29,564 nucleotides of DNA. Source: Synechococcus sp. (GTDB taxonomy: Bacteria; Cyanobacteriota; Cyanobacteriia; Thermostichales; PCC-7336). The notes below the pieces were generated by a model. The model was not told the DNA's origin. It worked only from the letters and a program-made list of their open reading frames with translations, and made no database searches. This document shows, one piece after another, positions 9,196 through 18,164 of the stretch (positions are counted from its first letter, which is position 1; the number at the start of each line of letters is the position of its first letter). Where the stretch lies: positions 1-29,564 of the forward strand of contig JBFRWN010000008.1 of the NCBI GenBank assembly GCA_051439605.1. The letters are read 5' to 3'. The position numbers and the translations under genes were made by a program.

Positions 9196-11127
9196 TTAGT
9201 AACCGCTTAAAAACGGCGGCAACGGACAATCCAACGACAGCACAAACGCCCGCAACAACTCCGCCTCCTCCAACGTCACCTTGCCATCCAGCAACACCGT
9301 ATGTGCACAAGCATCCACCACCTTCTGCTTCCCCTTAGGCGCTAACACCCTCAGCCGCCCCAATCCCCGCTCTAAATCCTTGAAGGTAAACGGCGGCAAC
9401 TGCTGCCCACGCTTCACCCCCGACATGCGCGGCAACCGATCCATCCCCGCCTGAAATGCATACAGCCGATCGCCCTCCGACTCGTGCCCCGCCTTGGCCA
9501 ACGCCGCCACCAATGCCACGCAATCCTGCCATACCTCAGCAATAGTCTCGTACTTCACAGGCGGATTCACCGCCCCCCCCAACGTCACCGCCAACCGACT
9601 GCGCAGAACAGACACGAGGGAAAATTCGAATAGGGACACCTGCCCATCCGCCAACATCAACTGCTTGATAGTGTTCAACATCATTTGACAGGAGTTTTTA
9701 TCCTGCGATCGCAGCGCGGGCACCGCCAAATCCACCACAGGCAAAGACAGTCGGGCGTCGATTCCCTGCAGATGGTTTGCCGCCTTCTCCACTGCCGTCA
9801 CCACCGCCGCAGATTCCGACTCCCTCAGCTTTTGAACCTGCCGATCTCGCATTTCCCCCTCGTCATCCAGAAGCAGGGCATAAATGCACCCCTTTGCTCC
9901 ATCAACAGTCCTCAGTTGCGATCGCAGTTCGTGCGGCAATTTTTCCAATAGGGCATGGGCTTGCTCAACCCCCTTGGCATCTGCGGTACCAACCTGTTTT
10001 GCGATCTCATTCGCATCCACCGCGATCGCAGCAGTGGCGTTTGGAGCACGACCGGAGGCATTCCCGTCAGCAAATCCGAGCGCCAACCCCGACCCAACAG
10101 CAGTTCCTACTGCAACAGGACTGGCTGCGACCGTGGCAGGACTGCTCTGTCGTACAATTTGTCCCCCAATGCGACGAATGCGGTCCTTTAACGGAGGGTG
10201 CGAGGCGAAAAGATTGACCCCCATCCCTTGAATGGCATTGCCAAAAAACATGTGGCTGGCAGTTTCCGCCTGGGGCGTCTGGATGTAAGAGCCATCCGCC
10301 AACCCAGCAATCTTTTGCAGCGCGCTGGAGATGCCATTGGGATTACGGGTGAACTGCACTGCAGATGCATCCGCCAAATATTCCCGCTGCCGTGACACCG
10401 CCGCCTTAATGGCCCGACTGCACAACCAGCCAATTCCCCCCACCACAAACATGGCAAAGCCCACAAACAGAATGGGATTGCCCTTTTCCTCCCGCGAGCG
10501 CCGGGAGGGGCGTCCGAAGCGGATCAACATGCGCCCCAGCAAATGAATCAGCAAAATCCCCTGCAATAACCCAATCAGCTTGAGGTTGAGATTCATATCC
10601 CCATTCAAAATGTGGCTGAATTCGTGGGCAATCACCCCCTGCAATTCATCGCGATCCAGCTGGTCGAGACAGCCCTGCGTCACAGCAACAGCCGCGTCAT
10701 TGGTTGTAAACCCCGCCGCAAACGCATTGATTCCCCACTCTTCAGTGAGGACAAACACCCGAGGTACCGGTACGCCAGCGGCGATCGCCATTTCCTCCAC
10801 CACATTCAGCAACATCTGCTGCCGCTCGTCCGCAAATTCAGGAATGATTTCCTGTCCACCCAAGCTGAGGGCAACGTTGGCACCGCCCCCCCGTCTCAAG
10901 GCCAAAAACTTGGAGGTACTGCCCCCCATTACCAACAGCAGCGTTCCGCCAGCAATCCAGAAGAGCAGCTCTGGATGCCAGTAGTCAGACGTTTTGGAGG
11001 CTTGAGCGAAGGCGATCGCTGCCGCTAAATACAGTCCGGCAATGGTGAACGCGATGGCTACTGCAAACAACCCCAGCAGCTGCGTTGTGTTGTGGCGGGC
11101 TCGATCCTGCTGTTCGAAAAAATTCAT
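9196..11127 (-). CDS. M48 family (HtpX-like) zinc metallopeptidase with a long C-terminal helical extension
   Basis: NVVEEMAIAAG, INAFAAG, HEFSH (HExxH), SRQREYLADA and SHPPL motifs. Lies immediately downstream of lemA. Confidence 0.92.
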   Translation of the reverse strand: MNFFEQQDRARHNTTQLLGLFAVAIAFTIAGLYLAAAIAFAQASKTSDYWHPELLFWIAGGTLLLVMGGSTSKFLALRRGGGANVALSLGGQEIIPEFADERQQMLLNVVEEMAIAAGVPVPRVFVLTEEWGINAFAAGFTTNDAAVAVTQGCLDQLDRDELQGVIAHEFSHILNGDMNLNLKLIGLLQGILLIHLLGRMLIRFGRPSRRSREEKGNPILFVGFAMFVVGGIGWLCSRAIKAAVSRQREYLADASAVQFTRNPNGISSALQKIAGLADGSYIQTPQAETASHMFFGNAIQGMGVNLFASHPPLKDRIRRIGGQIVRQSSPATVAASPVAVGTAVGSGLALGFADGNASGRAPNATAAIAVDANEIAKQVGTADAKGVEQAHALLEKLPHELRSQLRTVDGAKGCIYALLLDDEGEMRDRQVQKLRESESAAVVTAVEKAANHLQGIDARLSLPVVDLAVPALRSQDKNSCQMMLNTIKQLMLADGQVSLFEFSLVSVLRSRLAVTLGGAVNPPVKYETIAEVWQDCVALVAALAKAGHESEGDRLYAFQAGMDRLPRMSGVKRGQQLPPFTFKDLERGLGRLRVLAPKGKQKVVDACAHTVLLDGKVTLEEAELLRAFVLSLDCPLPPFLSGY

Positions 11128-11161
11128 TGACTCAACCGTAAAAGAAGCCGCGAGGCATTAG

Positions 11162-11752
11162 TTAGAAAGATACTTGCGGTACAGCTTTCACTTCAGGGGC
11201 TGATTCTTCTAGTAATTGCGCTTTGGCAAAGTTAAACATGCCAGAAATAATGCTGTTGGGAAAAATCTCCCGCTGGGTGTTGTAAACCGTCACTGAATCG
11301 TTAAAGGATTGACGGGCAAAGGCAATTCGATTTTCTGTCGATCGCAATTCCTCAGACAGCTGCGCCATCGAAGCATCCGCTTTCAAATCCGGATAGGACT
11401 CGGATAAAGCAAATAACCGGCCCAACATCCCCGTCAAAGCGGCTTCTGCCTGCCCCAGTTGCTGTATTGCCCTGGGATCGCTGGGGGCTTGGGCCGCTCT
11501 CGCACCGGCACTGACGGCCATATTACGGGCGCTAATCACTGCTTCCAGCGTTTCCCGTTCGTGCTTCATGTATCCCTTCACCGTCTCCACCAAGTTGGGA
11601 ATCAGATCGTGGCGGCGACGCAACTGCACGTCGATTTGGGAATAGGCGTTTTCGTAGCGATTGCGGGACAGAACTAAGTTGTTGTAGGCGTTGACGGCAA
11701 TGACAATCGGGGTAACGACGATCGCCAGCAGCACCAGCAAAATCCAAAGCAT
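11162..11752 (-). CDS. lemA: LemA family protein
   Basis: N-terminal TM helix, YNNLV, IDVQLRRRHDLIPNLVETVKGY, ESYPDLKA and TENRIAFARQ. Confidence 0.95.
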   Translation of the reverse strand: MLWILLVLLAIVVTPIVIAVNAYNNLVLSRNRYENAYSQIDVQLRRRHDLIPNLVETVKGYMKHERETLEAVISARNMAVSAGARAAQAPSDPRAIQQLGQAEAALTGMLGRLFALSESYPDLKADASMAQLSEELRSTENRIAFARQSFNDSVTVYNTQREIFPNSIISGMFNFAKAQLLEESAPEVKAVPQVSF

Positions 11753-11906
11753 GGGTTAACTCACAGATCGGGAGAAAGACCCTGGCATTCCAGAATCTAG
11801 AGTTAAGCTACCCAACCCTAAAATTCAGTTCTTCAGTAGAATCGACTTCCACAAGACTGACCGACTCAAAGTTTTGTCTCCTCAGAGCAGTTCTTTACCG
11901 CCTAAG

Positions 11907-12176
11907 TTATGAAGCAGTGAGTTGAAGGACAGTGGACTTTTGACAGGGCACGGACTGACGGAATGATTGGTAATAGTCCTTGCAAGACTCTTCAAACAGG
12001 GTGCGCAGCGTGACGATAGGCTCTTCGTGGCGATCGACCCTCAAGTCCAAATGCGGATAGATATTTGAACCCATCACGTACGGTGCAGCTGACTGTCGGC
12101 CCCGCTTATCCCCCCCTGCTGCATCCCCCGCTTCGAGGGCTAGCAACAAGCGATCGCAAAACGGGTGAGTCCCTTT
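11907..12176 (-). pseudogene. DUF1028 family protein, C-terminal fragment only
   Basis: DRLLLALEAGDAAGGDKRGRQSAA and DLRVDRHEEPI are the C-terminal DUF1028 motifs. An in-frame TGA lies at 12206-12204 and there is no room for the N-terminal part. Confidence 0.8.
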
Positions 12177-12200
12177 GGGAGTGGTTCGATCGATATATCT

Positions 12201-12245
12201 CCCTCACCCCTCACAAGCTCCCCTTCTACAAGAGAGGGGTGAGGG
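12201..12245. repeat. Perfect 12-bp inverted repeat (terminator-like or REP-like)
   Basis: CCCTCACCCCTC (12201-12212) and GAGGGGTGAGGG (12234-12245), 12 nt past the stop of the binding-protein gene. Confidence 0.7.
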
Positions 12246-12257
12246 CTCTAAAGCTTG

Positions 12258-13604
12258 CTATGGCTGCTCTTTAGCCTCTAATGTCACCCCTACAACCTTG
12301 GATGGCCAACTGCGATCAATTTGAGACAGCACGGTCTCTAGGTCAATGCCGCTAACCCAGTCCAGAATGCCTGCCCAAAATGCACCTGTCCCCACCTCCC
12401 CTGGCATCAGATCTGAGCCGTCAAACCGCAAAATATTTGCCCGATTTAGAATCTCAGCCTGCTGGCGGGTGTTGGGATTATCGTAGGAGTCAGCCAAAAT
12501 CTGGCGGTGAGGGGAGACAAAGCCTTCCGCATCGGACCAAATACTGTGGGGTTGGGGGGTAGTGAAGTAGGCCATCAACTGACGCGCTTCGGGACTGTCT
12601 TGCACTAGGGCAAACTGTTCGCCAGATACAATAACAGGATTACCAAACTCCGGGTTGATACCGGGAAACAGGAACAAACTCATATCGCGACCGGGTTGAA
12701 TGCGTTCGGGAAAAAAGGTCGAAATGAAACTTGCTTGCCGGTGGAGGTAGCACCCTGGCGGGTCGTTAAACAGTGCGGATGGAGCATCTCCAAAGGAGGT
12801 TCCGATCGCCCCTACTGCTCCTCCCAACACGCGACCGCTGTCCTTCACCATGGCTCCAAATTGCTCGAATGCATCAGCGATTGCTGGGTCGGAAAAAGGA
12901 ATCTCTCCGGTCACCCAGCGATCGTAAAGTTCGGGGCCAGACTGTCGCAGCACAAACTCTTCCACCCAGTCGGTTCCGGGCCAGCCCGACGCTGCTCCAC
13001 TCTCAAGTCCTATGCACCAGGGAACATTTCCATCTGCCTGCATGCGGGCTTCCAATGTCTGCAGGTCAGACCAAGAATGGGGCACTTGGTATCCTGCGGT
13101 AGCAAATGCGGTTGGGCTGTACCAAACCAAGCTTTTGACCGATGCCCGCGCCCATAACCCGAAGGGGCGCCCCTCTACACTGGCTAAGTTCAACCAGTTG
13201 TCATCGTAGGCTGAAGACAGTTCTTCCTCGCTGAAAATATCATCAAGGGGGACCAGATCCTGAGATCGCGCCAGATCGGCCATCAAGCCCGGTTGAGGGA
13301 ACAGCGCAATATCGGGAGGATTGCCTGCAGCCAAGCGGGTGGTGAGCACAGTGGAAAATTGATCGGTCCCCTCGTAAACCACATTAATGCCGGTGGTCTC
13401 CTCAAAAGGAGCCAGCACCTCTGCAATTGTGGCCTCACCTTCTCCGGTGATGCTGCCCAAAATATTGAGGGAGGGAGCTTTGGAGGTAGAACTACAACCA
13501 GCAATTGTCAGCAAAGAGACGAGCAGCAGCACTATCGAGACTCGGCCTAGGGCCAAGTGGGGGCTTTCCACCCCATTACTCGCTAGTCGCACCTTCGCTT
13601 TCAT
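12258..13604 (-). CDS. ABC transporter sugar-binding lipoprotein, alpha-glucoside/glucosylglycerol type (AglE/GgtB-like)
   Basis: Lipobox IAGC, PPDIALFPQPGL, KSLVWY, PWCIGLESGAASGWPGTDWVE, CYLHRQASFI and RFDGSDLMPGEVGTGAFW. Start uncertain (13616, 13604 or GTG 13571). Confidence 0.88.
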   Translation of the reverse strand: MKAKVRLASNGVESPHLALGRVSIVLLLVSLLTIAGCSSTSKAPSLNILGSITGEGEATIAEVLAPFEETTGINVVYEGTDQFSTVLTTRLAAGNPPDIALFPQPGLMADLARSQDLVPLDDIFSEEELSSAYDDNWLNLASVEGRPFGLWARASVKSLVWYSPTAFATAGYQVPHSWSDLQTLEARMQADGNVPWCIGLESGAASGWPGTDWVEEFVLRQSGPELYDRWVTGEIPFSDPAIADAFEQFGAMVKDSGRVLGGAVGAIGTSFGDAPSALFNDPPGCYLHRQASFISTFFPERIQPGRDMSLFLFPGINPEFGNPVIVSGEQFALVQDSPEARQLMAYFTTPQPHSIWSDAEGFVSPHRQILADSYDNPNTRQQAEILNRANILRFDGSDLMPGEVGTGAFWAGILDWVSGIDLETVLSQIDRSWPSKVVGVTLEAKEQP

Positions 13605-14745
13605 TACTTTCGCCATCCTCCACCTCATTGCTCAGGGGTTCTGGAAAACTGGGTGCCTGCTCCACGGTGCCTGCTCCAGGGATGGCCAACTCAACAGTGG
13701 TATCCAACGTGGTACGTGGCTGCACCTCGCCCTCTGCTTCCACCTCTCCATATCGAGCTAGAGGGTTGTCGCCATCATCTGCCCACTCTTCGCCAATCTC
13801 TGTGGCCATGCGGGTGACCTGGATCTGGTAAATCTGTTCTAATTCCGCAGCATTCAAATTGGCATTCTCTTCTGCATCGTAGTTAGATTTCCCAATTTCT
13901 TTGACGGTGACTTGCCCGCGATCGTCAATGGTCCACAGCTCCAGGCGACTGCGCGATCGCAACGAAATTGTCTCTGGGGTGATGGAGCGGCTAAGGACAT
14001 CTACCTTGGCCACCACCAGAGCCTCTAGACCTAGAAAATCAAAGAACTTATTGACGTCCTCTGGCTCGATCTCGTCGTGTTCCAAGATGTCAAATAAGGG
14101 GCTGCCAATTTCTTCCAACACCGGTTGGAGATTGCGGTTATCTAGCGGTAAGACATTCTCGGAGTCAGGCACAAGCCCCATTCGTACAGCTTCCGCAGCC
14201 ATCCGTTGGGCCAAAAATTCCGTATGGGCTAAGGTGCCCACCCCAATTACCCCCAAGCGTGTGCGGGGTTGAGGACGGATGGGAATGGATAGATTGACTT
14301 CCACAGGGGTAGTCAGCCCGCCAAACATCCAGACCTCCTCATCTAATGCCTGGTAGTCCGGATGGCGCACGGAGAGCAACCATCTGCCAGGCAGCCCACC
14401 ATCAAGTTCGAAAGAGCCGCTGTCATCAGTAATCACTGACCTCTGAAAGGTCCCTAACGGCACGTTCCCCTGCCGCACTCCTCTGACAATCACCTCGGCA
14501 TTGCCCACCGGTTGACCCACCTGATTTTTCACCTGCCCAACAATTTGTCCTAAGCGGCTGGACTCAATTTGACTCGTGTCTGACTCACTAGCATTTGATT
14601 CAATGGCGTCTGATTCACTAGCATCTGAACCACTGGCGCTAGGCTCACTTACAGCTGACTCGGTTGTTTGAGCTTCAACCCAATAGGGGGTAACACCAAC
14701 AGCAAACATCGCCACCAAAAGGGCTATAACAGTTTTTCCCGTCAC
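13576..14745 (-). CDS. Secreted protein: acidic linker, carboxypeptidase-regulatory-like beta-sandwich, unnamed alpha/beta C-terminal domain
   Basis: Signal peptide ending VEA-Q. GQIVGQVKNQVGQPVGNAEV...TDDSGSFEL..LPGRWLLSVRHPDY is the CarboxypepD_reg-like pattern. Confidence 0.8.
   Translation of the reverse strand: MTGKTVIALLVAMFAVGVTPYWVEAQTTESAVSEPSASGSDASESDAIESNASESDTSQIESSRLGQIVGQVKNQVGQPVGNAEVIVRGVRQGNVPLGTFQRSVITDDSGSFELDGGLPGRWLLSVRHPDYQALDEEVWMFGGLTTPVEVNLSIPIRPQPRTRLGVIGVGTLAHTEFLAQRMAAEAVRMGLVPDSENVLPLDNRNLQPVLEEIGSPLFDILEHDEIEPEDVNKFFDFLGLEALVVAKVDVLSRSITPETISLRSRSRLELWTIDDRGQVTVKEIGKSNYDAEENANLNAAELEQIYQIQVTRMATEIGEEWADDGDNPLARYGEVEAEGEVQPRTTLDTTVELAIPGAGTVEQAPSFPEPLSNEVEDGESNESEGATSE
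14579..14638. repeat. Degenerate 15-bp coding tandem repeat (SESDA-like pentapeptides)
   Basis: tctgactcactagca / tttgattcaatggcg / tctgattcactagca / tctgaaccactggcg. Confidence 0.75.
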
Positions 14746-14843
14746 GCTATCTGCTCCACATCGCGAACTTCCTGTAAAAAGCCATTCAACTTAGGAGGTC
14801 TTTCCAGCTCTGAAAACCATCAATCCATAGGGATCGTCTTCTT

Positions 14844-17000
14844 TTAAGAAAACGGTGCACCTTCCTCCTCCCACTGTTCGAGCAGGTCGGGAGCCATTTT
14901 TTCCGCCTGCCGTCGGAACAATCCTGCTGCTGCATCTTCGAATATTCGATCGCCCCCCACTTGATCTTTGCCGAAAGCTTCGTAATAGCCAGCCAAATCT
15001 CCCGGATTGTCCTCCTGTAGATCGACGACAATCATGACACCGCGACTGCGCAGCTCGTTGGGGGTGAAATCGGGGATGTTCACCGGCAGTTGGGGGACAA
15101 AGTAGCGAATTGCCAGATTAAGAAATGGATTGCCCCGGCGGGAAAATTCTCGCGAGATATCCATGTGGGTGAGGACAATGTACCTCAAGCCCAGACTATT
15201 GCCGATCACCTTGAGTCGCTCGAGGTCTGAGGTAAAACGGTTGTCGCGATCGATGATGTCCAGCCCCTCCGCCAGCGGTGCCAACTGGCGAAACTCCTCC
15301 CACACGCCAATGGGTCCGATAAGAAGTTCCACCGGCCGATCTCCCGCCTGCTCCTGCAGAGCGGAGTGGACGTGGGCGGCTAGATCGTCAGAGAACGATT
15401 CCATATCGGGAATCACTCCAATGCCAACGCTATCCTCCGGAGGGCGTCCAGGAGGTAGTTGAATGGTGGTTGAGGAGACAAACCCCGCCCGCACCTGTAT
15501 CTGACTACTAACCGTAGGAAAGCCTGGCACAGTGATGTCAGCTAAATATCGACCCGTAGGCAAATTGGGAATGATGAAGCTGCCGTCAGGCAGCAAGTTG
15601 AGCTGCAGATCGGGGGTAATTCTGCCAATGCTTTTGAGGCGAATCACGCCATCCTCTACTGCATTCCCCGCAAGGTCAACAACGCGACCGGCTGCGCTGC
15701 CTTTATCGAGGCGAGGGATAACAGCCGCCATTTGCCCCGGCTGGATTTCAGGGAGTTGCAGCCAGCGCAATTGAGGTTCACCGGCCTCCGACACCAAAAC
15801 AGCGGGCCCCTCTTTCGAGGGAAGGTAATGAATTCCCAGAGGGGCATCCTCTAAATCATAGACTGCCTCAAGTTCCCCCGTCTCCAGATTGGCCACCTGC
15901 AGGTGATTGCTATCGCGGGATGTGACATAAGCTCGCTGGCCGTCGGAGGAGAGGGCAATGCGGGTGGGTCGCCAGTTCAAGCCAATGGTTTGAATCGTTT
16001 CGATGTCGGCCTTGCGGACAAATGCTGTCAGATCGGTACTGCCCGAGTTCAACACCACAGCCCTTTGGGTGGCTAGATTTAAGTCAATGTCTTCCGGGTT
16101 AACGCCACTGCGCAGCAGGGCTAAGACTTCACCATTTTCAGAATTGACCACCAGTACCCCGAGGGAGTCATCGCTACGGGTGGTGATCAGTACATTGCGC
16201 GAGACGCTATTGTAGACGATCGCCAACGGAGGACGAGGAAGGGGCAAGGTACGAGCCTGCTCTTCAGAAAGCTGCATGACAGAGACACTGCTAATGCTGG
16301 GGTGGGTGGCAAAAATCCGTCCGGTTTCCCCATCAAAGTCGATGTCCAGCACTCCGGCTCCCAATCCGTACCCCTTGCGGATGGCTAAATCTCTCGCCTC
16401 TAAAACGACAAGCCCTTCTGAATCAATGCCGGCAGCATAAACGACGTCATTAATGCTGTCATAGCGAACGGTATTGGGTTCAAAACCAATGGCGGTTTGG
16501 GCCAGAATCTCTCCCGACTCCAAATCCAAAATTGCAACGGATTGCTCCTGCTGAAGCCCCAGCACCGCCAACTGGCGTCCGTCCCGCTCCATGATGTCAA
16601 ACCGATCGGTAGCACTTTGCAGAGGAAACGTACCGATTGTTAGTAGCCCAGTGGTAGCTGCTTCTTCAGTGTCGGCTTCACCTGTCTCAACCTCAGCCTC
16701 CTCAGATTCAGCCTCCTCAGATTCAGACTCTTCAGACTCAGACTCTTCAGAACCAGCCTCCTCAGCCTCAGCCTCCTTAGGAACGTCCTCCTCGGATTTC
16801 TCAGCCTCAGCCTCGGTATCTTCAGACTCAGAATTCTCGGGGGAAGGTGGCGTATCTGAATCTTCGGGACTCACTCCAGAATCAACGGTTTCCGAAGCCT
16901 CGATCGCAGACTCATCACCCCCTTCTTGAGCGAATAGAGGTGGCAGTGACGTAACTGAGAAGAGTAAAGAAAATATAAGGTAGGGGAGAAATTTCAGCAT
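14844..17000 (-). CDS. Secreted protein: acidic linker, YVTN/YncE-like beta-propeller, carboxypeptidase-regulatory-like domain, unnamed alpha/beta C-terminal domain
   Basis: Signal peptide ending LFA-Q. About 40-aa blade repeats (IGFEPNTVRYD, SGVNPEDIDLN, NWRPTRIALSSDGQRAYVT), then GSAAGRVVDLAG...DGSFIIPNLPTGRY...PGF. Start placed at ATG 17000 (alternative TTG 17066). Confidence 0.82.
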   Translation of the reverse strand: MLKFLPYLIFSLLFSVTSLPPLFAQEGGDESAIEASETVDSGVSPEDSDTPPSPENSESEDTEAEAEKSEEDVPKEAEAEEAGSEESESEESESEEAESEEAEVETGEADTEEAATTGLLTIGTFPLQSATDRFDIMERDGRQLAVLGLQQEQSVAILDLESGEILAQTAIGFEPNTVRYDSINDVVYAAGIDSEGLVVLEARDLAIRKGYGLGAGVLDIDFDGETGRIFATHPSISSVSVMQLSEEQARTLPLPRPPLAIVYNSVSRNVLITTRSDDSLGVLVVNSENGEVLALLRSGVNPEDIDLNLATQRAVVLNSGSTDLTAFVRKADIETIQTIGLNWRPTRIALSSDGQRAYVTSRDSNHLQVANLETGELEAVYDLEDAPLGIHYLPSKEGPAVLVSEAGEPQLRWLQLPEIQPGQMAAVIPRLDKGSAAGRVVDLAGNAVEDGVIRLKSIGRITPDLQLNLLPDGSFIIPNLPTGRYLADITVPGFPTVSSQIQVRAGFVSSTTIQLPPGRPPEDSVGIGVIPDMESFSDDLAAHVHSALQEQAGDRPVELLIGPIGVWEEFRQLAPLAEGLDIIDRDNRFTSDLERLKVIGNSLGLRYIVLTHMDISREFSRRGNPFLNLAIRYFVPQLPVNIPDFTPNELRSRGVMIVVDLQEDNPGDLAGYYEAFGKDQVGGDRIFEDAAAGLFRRQAEKMAPDLLEQWEEEGAPFS
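16693..16767. repeat. Five 15-bp coding tandem repeats (EEAES/EESES pentapeptides)
   Basis: tcagcctcctcagat x2, tcagactcttcagac, tcagactcttcagaa, ccagcctcctcagcc. Confidence 0.85.
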
Positions 17001-17112
17001 AAGTTCGCGGCAAACAAGGTGCCGGTTGGACCAATCCAGCCGATTTGACCGTTTCAATTGAAGCAATCATTCAGGCTCAAGGTCTAAACTGTATCGTGCG
17101 ATCGCACTTTTC

Positions 17113-17826
17113 TTAATCTCTCAATACATATCCCACACCGCGGACGGTCTGGATCAGGCGCTTTTCCCCCTCATGTTCTACCTTCAAGCGCAAATATCGA
17201 ATGTAAACCTCAATGATGTTGGAGTCCCCCATAAAGTCGTATCCCCAGACATTTTCGAGAATTTGCTGGCGGGTTAGCACTTGGCGGGGATGCTCCATCA
17301 AATAGCGCAGCAGGTCAAACTCCTTTGCCGTCAGCTCAATGCGGCGCACCTCGTTTCCGTCCCCTGCTTCTGAACGGCGGATCACTTCGCGGGTGATGGG
17401 GTCAAGGGATAGGTCCAAAAAGCTCAACTTGCCTTCCCCTTGACCGTTGTATCGGCGCAGGTGGGCTCGAACGCGGGCCAATAGCTCCTCGATGCTAAAG
17501 GGTTTGACCACGTAATCATCGGCTCCGGCATCCAAACCTTCGACGCGATCGACCACATCATCTTTAGCAGTCATCAGGATCACCGGCACCCGATTGCCGG
17601 TTTGGCGCAAGCGGCGGCAAATTTCCAAACCCGAAATTCCCGGTAACATCCAGTCCAACAAAATTAAGTCGGGTTCCTGTTCGCGAGCGGCCATCATCCC
17701 CGAAGTGCCATCGTTCGCCACGGAAACTCGATATCCTTCGTAACCCAGCTCTAACTCGATAAATTTGGCCAGCTTTTCTTCGTCTTCAACGATTAGAATG
17801 TGTCCTTTCGGCGTAGAACTCGACAT
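17113..17826 (-). CDS. OmpR/PhoB family DNA-binding response regulator (no adjacent kinase)
   Basis: Receiver motifs ILIVEDE, LLDWMLPG and GADDYVVKPF, and winged-helix motifs LTAKEFDLL, IEVYIRYLRLK and IQTVRGVGYVL. Confidence 0.95.
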   Translation of the reverse strand: MSSSTPKGHILIVEDEEKLAKFIELELGYEGYRVSVANDGTSGMMAAREQEPDLILLDWMLPGISGLEICRRLRQTGNRVPVILMTAKDDVVDRVEGLDAGADDYVVKPFSIEELLARVRAHLRRYNGQGEGKLSFLDLSLDPITREVIRRSEAGDGNEVRRIELTAKEFDLLRYLMEHPRQVLTRQQILENVWGYDFMGDSNIIEVYIRYLRLKVEHEGEKRLIQTVRGVGYVLRD

Positions 17827-18164
17827 CTGAAAAACTCCATTCCGCCCCTAGCAATAATCTCTATGGCGTTGCTAGCAACTCTAGCGCATATTGTTTTCTC
17901 GAGAACCCACTTGAATCTGTTCTGAATCGAGGCAAAAGTGTCGTAAGCAGCGATCTGATTTTGAAGATGCAATCCTCCGGAAATGCTAGGTTAATTGTGC
18001 GGAAAAAGTGAGCCCTTTTACAGTCTTTTCATTTCAATCGTCGGGCTACGTGGCAACTGAAGTAAAAGCGCTGGATTGAATGCCCGATCCAGGAAAAGTC
18101 AAAAATCTTCTCCTACCCCGAATCCACAACTATTTTCGTCCCCTCAGTCCCACTGGAGATCCTC

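Noticed and set aside
16693..16767. Possible CRISPR-like repeat array
   Set aside because: The 15-bp units are contiguous, have no spacers and are in frame within a CDS. No cas genes are present.
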